A DNA stretch of 20,935 bases from an uncultured Candidatus Rokubacteria bacterium (GTDB lineage: Bacteria; Methylomirabilota; Methylomirabilia; Rokubacteriales; CSP1-6). A program made the translations under genes and the position numbers. The DNA lies in NCBI GenBank assembly GCA_963747235.1, contig CAVVEU010000037.1, positions 1-20,935 on the forward strand, given 5' to 3'. A model generated the notes under the pieces. It did no database searches. It was given only the letters and a program-made list of their open reading frames with translations, and was not told the origin of the DNA. This document shows positions 9,691 to 16,846 of the stretch, in pieces. How positions within the stretch are numbered: the first letter of the stretch is position 1; every line of letters begins with the position of its first letter.

Positions 9691-10760
9691 CTAGGAGCCC
9701 GGCCCGTCTGGATGCGGAGATGGTCCCATCTCTCGCCGCGCCCGCGGATGCAGGACGTCAATAGCCCAGCGCACGTCCAGGCGCTCCCCGTGCCACTGGG
9801 CAAGGCCGGTCCTAGCCCTCTTCGTGTACCGTCCGATGATGCCGGCGGCAGAGTCATTGCAGCCCGGGAAGCGGCAGGTCTTGTCCCGATGCTGCAGCAC
9901 CCGCCGTAACGCCGGCGGGATCGTGCGCGTCCTGGCACCGACTTCCACCACCCGGCCGTCCGCGTCGTGCCGCATCACCACCCGGCTCGCATCACGTGCC
10001 AGCCGCCGCGACGTTTTCGCGGGAACGCGTGTGCCCTCCTCCAGGACAGATTGCCCAGGCTGGGCCGGATCCGTCAGGCCGGCGGCGTCCACGTGCACGA
10101 CCACCTGGTACCGCTCCCCGGGGGCGCCCGGGTCGAGCTCCTGATGCAGCGCCGTCTCCGCCAGCAAGGCCAGGGCGTCGGCCTGTTGCTGTGGGCGCGT
10201 CGGGGCCTCGGCGGCCGGATCCGTGGCCGGCCGCACCGCCTCGTCGGCGCGGCGGCGCTGGTACAGCGTCTCGCGGGCGGCGTCCAGGGCCCGCAGAAGT
10301 AGCGCGCCCGCCTCCGGCGTCAGGCGCCCACGCAGCATCACGGTGCCCTCCTCCTGGTGGACGTGAAGGGCCCGCCCCGCGTGCTGCCGGGCTTCGGTCT
10401 CCGGAGTCGCGATGCGGGTCAGCGCGCGGACCTTGGCGTAGGAGAGCTCGCCGCGCGCCAGGGCCTCGGCCAGGGTCGGCAGCGTCCCGAGGGCGCGCGC
10501 GACCCGGACCCGCTCGCGGGCCGCGCCCAGGTCCAGGCTCACGCGCCACGCGAGCCACTCGGCGCAGGAGCGGAAGCCGTGCTGCCAGCCGCGGCGGGCG
10601 TCGAACTCGCGGATGAGGTCGAGGAGGCGACTGGTCGCCGCCTCGAGATGCGCGGAGAGCTCGGCGATCTGGTCGCCCAGGCGATCGAGCTCCGCGAGGT
10701 GCGGGGGCTGGGCTGCGCCGGCTGCAACGGGCCGGGAAGATCCGGCGGGCGTGGGACCAT
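9691..10760 (-). pseudogene. Degenerate DUF222 / 13E12-repeat-like gene lacking its HNH nuclease segment
   Basis: Family-like motifs LLDLIREFD, GFRSCAEWL, ARERVRVARAL, GELSYAKVRALTR, YQVVVHVD and ARTRTIPPALRR..RD..CRFPGC. Strong SD (AGGAGGG) before ATG 10760, which is out of frame by one base at the G5 tract 10703-10707. No HH or CxxHH follows CRFPGC. Confidence 0.75.
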
Positions 10761-10977
10761 GGCGAGTCTCCCTCCTTGCTGGGACGACTGTACACCTCGA
10801 TTTCGGCGGCCCCGGGCCACCGCGACAAGCGGCGAGCGCGAGACGCGCCATGATTTTCGCCCCCACGCGCGTGATCGTGCCTCACGCGTGGAACACGGCT
10901 CTCTGGGCCGCGATTTCGCCGTCGCGCTCGAGGGGCGGGTTGCCCCGAGCAAGAACCTGTCAAGGCAAAAATGAGGC

Positions 10978-11019
10978 TTGACACAGATTCTATAGTTTGA
11001 TACATCTCGAAATACAGAA
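10978..11019 (+). promoter_or_regulatory. ars operon promoter/operator
   Basis: Consensus TTGACA at 10978-10983. The -10 is uncertain (TGA-TACATC at 17-bp spacing). A 32-bp imperfect palindrome at 10988-11019 (22/32; TTCTATAGTTTGA...TCGAAATACAGAA) sits in an AT-rich island. Confidence 0.75.
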
Positions 11020-11087
11020 CGAGAGATCGGCCATCGGAAGGGCAAGGAGAGCGCGACCATGAATGACGTGGGCCGGAAGGCAGCCCG

Positions 11088-11396
11088 ATGAAGACGATCG
11101 CGCGACTTCCGATGTCCCGGCTCCAGGCGAGCGACGAGCACGTCGAGGCGTTCAAGGCCCTGGCGCACCTCAGTCGGCTCCAGGTCTTCTTCTTCCTGGT
11201 GCGCGCGGGCAAGGAGATGTCGGTAGGCGAGATCCAGGCCGAGGTCGAGATCCCGGGCCCGACGCTGTCGCACCACCTGGACCTGCTCCGGCGGGCCGGG
11301 CTGGTCGAGAGCCGCAAGGAAGAGCGGTACATCTACTATTCCGTGAAGCGGGACGAGGTGACGGCGCTCGTGCGCCTGCTCACCGCGTGCTGCTAG
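11088..11396 (+). CDS. arsR: ArsR repressor with C-terminal vicinal Cys pair
   Basis: FKALAHLSRL...PTLSHHL..LRRAGLV..RKEERYIYYSV, ending LLTACC. First gene of the ars cluster. Confidence 0.9.
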   Translation: MKTIARLPMSRLQASDEHVEAFKALAHLSRLQVFFFLVRAGKEMSVGEIQAEVEIPGPTLSHHLDLLRRAGLVESRKEERYIYYSVKRDEVTALVRLLTACC

Positions 11397-11407
11397 AGGA
11401 GAATCCC

Positions 11408-11851
11408 ATGAGCGCGAGAGTCCATCTCCATCTCCACGTGTCGGACCTGGCCAAGAGCCGGGAGTTCTACGAGAAGTTCCTCGGAGCCGGGCCGGTCAAG
11501 GTGAAGGACGGGTACGTCAAGTTCCTGCCCGAGTGGGCCCCGGTCAATCTGGCTCTCTCCGGCGGCGGGGCGGCGGGCGCGGGCACGATCGATCACGTCG
11601 GCGTGCAGGTGGACGCGGTGCCCACCGTGATCGCCGAGCTGGCCCGCGTCAAGGCGGCCGGGCTGCCGGTGCGTGAGGAGATGGGCGTCGACTGCTGCCA
11701 CGCCAACCAGGACAAGTTCTGGGTCCAGGATCCCGACGGCGTGGAGTGGGAGGTCTATCACCTCAACTACGATCTCGAGAGCGAGGTCACCGCGCCTCGC
11801 GCCATGGGGCTGACGCTGGCCAAGGGCGGCGGGGCCTGCTGCTCGTCGTGA
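11408..11851 (+). CDS. arsI: ArsI/CadI-family VOC metalloenzyme (putative C-As lyase)
   Basis: Metal ligands in RVHLHL, DHVG and EWEVY. Substrate-binding DCCHANQDKFWV.DPDG. GAGGAG SD upstream. Confidence 0.85.
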   Translation: MSARVHLHLHVSDLAKSREFYEKFLGAGPVKVKDGYVKFLPEWAPVNLALSGGGAAGAGTIDHVGVQVDAVPTVIAELARVKAAGLPVREEMGVDCCHANQDKFWVQDPDGVEWEVYHLNYDLESEVTAPRAMGLTLAKGGGACCSS

Positions 11852-11862
11852 GGAGATGACCC

Positions 11863-12678
11863 ATGAGCGATGACATCAAGGAGATCGTGAAGGAGAAGTA
11901 CGCGCGGGCCGCGCTCCGGGTGACCGCGGTCGACGGCGCGTCCTGCTGCGGCTCGGCGTCCTCTCGCGGGGAGTGCGATCCGATCACCTCGGGGATCTAC
12001 GCGGGCAGTGACACCTCCGGCCTGCCGGCGGAAGCCAGAGCCGCCTCGCTCGGGTGCGGGAATCCGACCGCCCTGGCGGAGCTCAAGCCCGGCGAGACCG
12101 TTCTCGATCTCGGATCGGGAGGCGGCATCGACGTGCTCCTCTCCGCCGGCCGCGTCGGCCCGACGGGCAAGGCCTATGGCCTCGACATGACCGACGAGAT
12201 GCTCGCCCTCGCGCGCGAGAATCAGCGGAAGGCGGGTGCGACCAACGTGGAGTTCCTCAAGGGGGAGATCGAGCAGATCCCGCTTCCCGAGAACTCGGTG
12301 GACGTCATCATCTCCAACTGCGTGATCAATCTTTCGGCCGACAAGGATCGCGTCCTGGCCGAAGCGTTCCGGGTGCTGAAGCCGGGCGGGCGCCTGGCGG
12401 TGTCGGACGTGGTCGTGCGCGGCGAGGTCCCCACGGAGATCCGGCGGAGCGTCGAGCTGTGGATCGGCTGCGTGGCCGGGGCCCTGGAGGAGGGGGAGTA
12501 TCGCGACAAGCTCACCGCCGCGGGGTTCGAAGGGATCGGCCTGGAGCCGACCCGGGTCTATCGGGTGGAGGAGGCCCGAGACTTTCTGACGGGAGCCGGA
12601 CTCGACGTCGACCGCATCGCGCCCCAGGTGGGCGACAAGTTCATGAGCGCGTTCGTGCGAGCCCGGAAGCCCGCGTAG
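11863..12678 (+). CDS. arsM: Arsenite S-adenosylmethionine methyltransferase
   Basis: [40 protein letters not shown] and WIGCVAGAL. Confidence 0.93.
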   Translation: MSDDIKEIVKEKYARAALRVTAVDGASCCGSASSRGECDPITSGIYAGSDTSGLPAEARAASLGCGNPTALAELKPGETVLDLGSGGGIDVLLSAGRVGPTGKAYGLDMTDEMLALARENQRKAGATNVEFLKGEIEQIPLPENSVDVIISNCVINLSADKDRVLAEAFRVLKPGGRLAVSDVVVRGEVPTEIRRSVELWIGCVAGALEEGEYRDKLTAAGFEGIGLEPTRVYRVEEARDFLTGAGLDVDRIAPQVGDKFMSAFVRARKPA

Positions 12679-12679
12679 C

Positions 12680-13363
12680 GTGTCTCCGGCTGGCGATCGA
12701 GCGAGCCTCGGCCGGCGGCTGGCGGCGGAGGCGGTCGGCACCGCGCTGCTCCTCGCCGCGGTGGTGGGGTCGGGGATCATGGGCGAGCGGCTCGCGGGCG
12801 GCAATGTCGCGATCGCGTTGCTCGCCAACACGATCGCGACCGGCGCCGCGCTGGTGGCGCTGATCCTGACCTTCGGGCCGATCTCGGGCGCCCACTTCAA
12901 CCCGGCGGTCACGCTGGCCGACGCGGTGCACGGCGGGTTCGCGTGGGCGGACGTGCCGCCGTACCTCGCGGCCCAGGTCGTCGGCGCCTTCGCCGGGGTC
13001 GCCGCCGCGCACGTGATGTTCGAGCTGCCGCTCTTCTTTGCCTCGCAGCACGTCCGCTCCGGGCCGGCCCAGATGTTCAGCGAGTTCGTCGCGACGTTCG
13101 GACTGCTCGCGGTCATCTGGGGCTGCGCGCGCGGGTGGCCCGCGGTGGTGGTGCCCTTCGCGGTGGCCGGCTACATCACCGCGGCGTACTGGTTCACCGC
13201 CTCCACCTCGTTCGCCAATCCGGCGGTCACCCTGGCGCGATCCGCCAGCGACACGTTCGCGGGGATCCGGCCGGCGGATGCGCCCGGGTTCATCGCGGCG
13301 CAGCTCCTCGGCGCGGCCGCCGCGACCGGCTTGTTCCGCTGGCTCCTGCGCGGGCGCCCATGA
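12680..13363 (+). CDS. aqpS: MIP-family aquaglyceroporin, AqpS-like arsenic channel
   Basis: Two NPA motifs (SGAHFNPAVT, STSFANPAVT), VVGSGIM and AYWFTAST, within the ars operon. Confidence 0.85.
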   Translation: MSPAGDRASLGRRLAAEAVGTALLLAAVVGSGIMGERLAGGNVAIALLANTIATGAALVALILTFGPISGAHFNPAVTLADAVHGGFAWADVPPYLAAQVVGAFAGVAAAHVMFELPLFFASQHVRSGPAQMFSEFVATFGLLAVIWGCARGWPAVVVPFAVAGYITAAYWFTASTSFANPAVTLARSASDTFAGIRPADAPGFIAAQLLGAAAATGLFRWLLRGRP

Positions 13364-14628
13364 GCCTGCTCGTTCCGGGCGGCCCCGGCTGGCTGCTCGC
13401 CATCTGCCTCTCGCGGGTCGGCGCCTACATGGTGTACATCGCCTACGCGGCGACGCTACCCATTCTCCAGCACGAGTGGCAGCTCTCGGGCACCGCGGCG
13501 GGCAGCATCGCGTCCGCCTTCCAGGTCGCCTACGCGGTCTCGCTGATGGGGTGCTCCGCGCTCGCGGATCGCGTGGGTGCCCGCCGCGTGTTCGTGGTCG
13601 GGACCGTGGTCTCCGCGATCGTGTCGATCGCGTTCGCGATGTACGCACGCGACTACTGGTCGGGGTTGGGCCTCTACACGCTGCTCGCGCTCGCCCTGGG
13701 CGGGACCTATACCACCGGCATCCTGCTCGTGGCCGAGAACGTGCCGGTCGAACGGCGCGGGCGCGCGATGGGCGCGTACCTGGCCGGCCACTCGCTCGGG
13801 GTCGCGCTCGCCCTCGCGCTGACCGGCCTGGCGATCCCGCGTGGCGGATACGTGCTCGCCTTCTGGTTACTGGCGCTCGGGCCGGTGGTGGGGGCCGCCT
13901 TCTCCTGGATGGCGGCGCGGGCGAGCGCCAACATCGTGACCCCGCGCACCGGGAGCCAGCGTTTCGGTAGCGCGGTGCTCCGGAACCGGCCTGCCATGCT
14001 GGTCATCGCCGGCTACACGTTCCACTCCTGGGAGCTGCTCGGCATGTGGGCCTGGACCCCCGCGTTCCTGGCTGCCTGCTTCGTGGCCACCGGATCGGAG
14101 CTCACCCGCGGCGCGGGCCTCGGCGCCTACATGACGTCGCTCTTTCACGTGACCGGGATGCTGGCCGCGCTGCTCGCGGGCGTGTTCGCGGATCGCTTCG
14201 GTCGCACGCCGGTGATCTTCGTGATGGCCTCCGTCAGCGCGCTCTGCTCGCTGGTGTTCGGCTGGATGCTCGGCGCCTCGCTGATTCTGATCGTCGCGGT
14301 GGGGCTCCTGTACGGGTTCGCCGCGCTCGGGGACTCGCCCATCTACTCCACCGCGATCACCGAGGTGGTGGCCCCGGCCTACCGCGGCGCCGCACTCGCG
14401 CTGCGCTCCCTCCTGGGGTACGGCGCGGGCGCGGCCGCGCCGCTGGTGTTCGGCGTCATTCTCGACTGGTACGGGGTGCGCAGCGCCGGCGCGTGGGGCT
14501 GGGCGTTCCTGAGCCTCGGCATCGCGGGTGTCGGCGCGGTGGTGTCGGTGGTGCTCCTGCACCGGACACCGGCGGCGGCCGCCCTTCATGGTCCCGTCGC
14601 GCGCCCGGCCGCTGCGGGGGCGCGATGA
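13360..14628 (+). CDS. MFS transporter (HxWE-motif subfamily)
   Basis: About 12 hydrophobic segments, motif A twice (LADRVGARR, FADRFGR), HSWELLGMWAW and GDSPIYS. ATGA overlaps with both neighbours. Confidence 0.88.
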   Translation: MSLLVPGGPGWLLAICLSRVGAYMVYIAYAATLPILQHEWQLSGTAAGSIASAFQVAYAVSLMGCSALADRVGARRVFVVGTVVSAIVSIAFAMYARDYWSGLGLYTLLALALGGTYTTGILLVAENVPVERRGRAMGAYLAGHSLGVALALALTGLAIPRGGYVLAFWLLALGPVVGAAFSWMAARASANIVTPRTGSQRFGSAVLRNRPAMLVIAGYTFHSWELLGMWAWTPAFLAACFVATGSELTRGAGLGAYMTSLFHVTGMLAALLAGVFADRFGRTPVIFVMASVSALCSLVFGWMLGASLILIVAVGLLYGFAALGDSPIYSTAITEVVAPAYRGAALALRSLLGYGAGAAAPLVFGVILDWYGVRSAGAWGWAFLSLGIAGVGAVVSVVLLHRTPAAAALHGPVARPAAAGAR

Positions 14629-15119
14629 CGGACCTCCGCACGCGCCTCGCGACACCGGCCGACGCGGCGGCCATCACCGCGATCTACAACGAGGGGATCG
14701 CCGACCGCGTCGCCACGTTCGAGACCGAGCCGCGGACGGTGGCCCAGATCGCCCAGCAGCTCGCGGACAAGGGCGACCGGTTTCCGACGGCGGTGGTGGA
14801 GCGGGATGGGCAGGTGATCGCCTACTCGGGCGCCAGCGCGTACCGGAGCCGTCCTGCCTACGCGGGCGTCGCCGAGCACTCGGTCTACGTGGCGCGCGCG
14901 GCGCGGGGCACCGGCGCCGGGCGGGCCGCGCTGGACGCGATGTGCCGGGCGTACGCCGAGCGGGGCTTCTGGAAGATCGTCTCCCGGATCTTCCCGGAGA
15001 ACACCGCGAGCCTTCGCCTGCACGAGCGGTGCGGCTTCCGGGTGGTCGGCGTCTACCAGCGACACGGCAAGCTGGACGGGGAGTGGCGCGACTGCGTGAT
15101 CGTCGAGCGACTGCTCTGA
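14625..15119 (+). CDS. arsN1: GNAT N-acetyltransferase, arsinothricin/phosphinothricin acetyltransferase type
   Basis: IYNEGIADRVATFETEPR, YRSRPAY.GVAEHSVYV, RGTGAG, IFPENTASLRLH..CGF and HGKLDGEWRD, in an ars context. Confidence 0.82.
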   Translation: MTDLRTRLATPADAAAITAIYNEGIADRVATFETEPRTVAQIAQQLADKGDRFPTAVVERDGQVIAYSGASAYRSRPAYAGVAEHSVYVARAARGTGAGRAALDAMCRAYAERGFWKIVSRIFPENTASLRLHERCGFRVVGVYQRHGKLDGEWRDCVIVERLL

Positions 15120-15121
15120 CA

Positions 15122-15538
15122 TTGGGCCGGCCACGCGTCCTGTTTCTCTGCACGCACAACTCGGCCCGCAGCCAGATGGCCGAGGGCTTCCTCCACGCGA
15201 TGGCGGGCGACCGCTTCGAGGCGGGGAGCGCCGGGACCGAGAAGACCTCCGTCAATCCGCTGGCGATCCGGGTCATGGCCGAGCTCGGCATCGACCTCGG
15301 CGCGCATACGTCGAAGCTGTACGATGACGTCGCCTCGCGGGCCTGGGATTACCTCATCACGGTCTGCGACGACGCGAACGAGCGGTGCCCCTGGGTCCCC
15401 GGCTCCGTGCAGCGGCTGCACTGGTCGTTTTTCGATCCCTCGCGCGCAACCGGCACCGAGGAGCAGCGGCTCGCCGTCTTCCGACGGGTGCGCGACCAGA
15501 TCAAGGAGCGCCTCACCGACTGGCTCGGCGGCCGATGA
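15122..15538 (+). CDS. arsC: Thioredoxin-coupled arsenate reductase (LMW-PTP fold); TTG start uncertain
   Basis: P-loop LFLCTHNSARSQMAEG, resolving cysteines in TVCDDANERCP, HW.F.DP and FRRVRDQI. Confidence 0.9.
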   Translation: MGRPRVLFLCTHNSARSQMAEGFLHAMAGDRFEAGSAGTEKTSVNPLAIRVMAELGIDLGAHTSKLYDDVASRAWDYLITVCDDANERCPWVPGSVQRLHWSFFDPSRATGTEEQRLAVFRRVRDQIKERLTDWLGGR

Positions 15539-16779
15539 CGCCCGCCCGGCTCGTCGCGTGCGTCTGCGTGGGGCAGGTGTGCGCCCAGATCGGGGCCTAC
15601 ACGTGGCCGGCGCTGCTGCCGGGCTTCCTCGCCGAGTGGCAGCTCACCAACCGGGAGGCGGGCTGGATCACCGGGATCTTCTACGCGGCCTACACCGTGT
15701 CGGTGCCCGTCCTCGTCACGCTCACCGACCGCGTGGACGCGCGCGCCGTCTACCTGAGCGGCGTGGCCTTGACGGTGGCAAGTCACCTGGGCTTCGCCTT
15801 CTTCGTGGACGGGCCGTGGAGCGCGGCCGCGGCGCGGGCACTGGCCGGCATCGGCTGGGCCGGCACCTACATGACCGGCCTCAAGCTGCTGGCCGACCGG
15901 GTGGAGCCCGTGCTCATGTCGCGCGCGGTGGCGGGCCACGCGGCCAGCATCGGGGTCGCGGGGGCGATCTCGTTCGTGTTCGCGGGCACGATCGGCCGAT
16001 GGCTCGGCTGGCGGGGCGCCTTCGCGGCCGCCGGGGTCGCCGCGATCGTCGCCTGGCTGATCGTGTTCGTCTGGGCGCCGGCACGGGAGCGCCGGCCGGC
16101 CATCGCGGCCTCCGGGGCGCTCTTCGATTTCCGGCCGGTGCTCCGCAACCGCTCCGCCATGGCCTACGCCGTCGCCTACTGCGCGCATACCTGGGAGATG
16201 AACGCCCTGCGCGGCTGGGCGGTCGCGTTTCTGGCCTACGTGGCGGCCACGGCCGGCGACCGCAGCCCCTGGCTCGGGCCCACCACGGTGGTGATGATCA
16301 TGGGGCTCGTCGGCACCTGGGCGAGCGTGGCCGGCAACGAGGTCGCCATCCGCATGGGCCGGCCCCGGCTCGTGCGCCTGGCCATGACCGCGTGCGTGGG
16401 GTGCGCGGCCGGCATCGGCTTCCTCGGCGCCCGCTCGTACACGGTGGCGGCGGCGCTCGTGCTGCTCTACGGGCTGCTGATCTGGCTCGACTCCTCCTCG
16501 CTCACCGCGGGCGCGGCCGGCAGCGCCGACCCCGAGCGGCGCGGCGCCACGCTAGCGCTGCACTCGATGGCGGGCTACGCGGGCGGAGCCGTCGGGCCCA
16601 TCGTGATCGGGTGGATCCTCGATCTGAGCGGCGGCATGTCGGCCATGGGCTGGGGCCTCGCCTTCCTGCATGTCGCGCTGATCTCGCTGCTGGGACAGGT
16701 GGCCTTCGTGCTCCTGGGGCCGCGCGATCTGGCCGGGGATCGGCGCAGCGCCTCGGGCCGCACTACCAATCGCGCTTGA
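15535..16779 (+). CDS. MFS transporter (HxWE-motif subfamily), apparent paralogue of 13360-14628
   Basis: Multi-TM protein with LTDRVDAR, AGTYMTG, HTWEMNALRGW, LDSSSLT and RRGATLAL. ATGA overlap with arsC. Confidence 0.88.
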   Translation: MTPARLVACVCVGQVCAQIGAYTWPALLPGFLAEWQLTNREAGWITGIFYAAYTVSVPVLVTLTDRVDARAVYLSGVALTVASHLGFAFFVDGPWSAAAARALAGIGWAGTYMTGLKLLADRVEPVLMSRAVAGHAASIGVAGAISFVFAGTIGRWLGWRGAFAAAGVAAIVAWLIVFVWAPARERRPAIAASGALFDFRPVLRNRSAMAYAVAYCAHTWEMNALRGWAVAFLAYVAATAGDRSPWLGPTTVVMIMGLVGTWASVAGNEVAIRMGRPRLVRLAMTACVGCAAGIGFLGARSYTVAAALVLLYGLLIWLDSSSLTAGAAGSADPERRGATLALHSMAGYAGGAVGPIVIGWILDLSGGMSAMGWGLAFLHVALISLLGQVAFVLLGPRDLAGDRRSASGRTTNRA

Positions 16780-16846
16780 CGAAGCCGCCCCGTCCGGTGG
16801 AGCATCGGGTGCCGCGCGCAACGACGCGCCCAGGAGGCTGCCCCCC

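Noticed and set aside
9657-10960. IS element with terminal inverted repeats or target-site duplication
   Set aside because: No transposase or integrase motifs and no convincing terminal repeats were seen.
10991-10996. TATAGT as the -10 partner of TTGACA 10978
   Set aside because: The spacing is only 7 bp. It more likely forms part of the operator palindrome.
11863-15119. Arsinothricin biosynthetic cluster
   Set aside because: No ArsL radical-SAM gene (no CxxxCxxC protein) is in the window. arsM plus arsN1 alone supports resistance only.
15100-15130. ArsN1-ArsC fusion or selenocysteine readthrough at TGA 15117
   Set aside because: arsC is in a different frame, ArsN1 ends at a plausible terminus (ERLL), and TTG 15122 can be translationally coupled.
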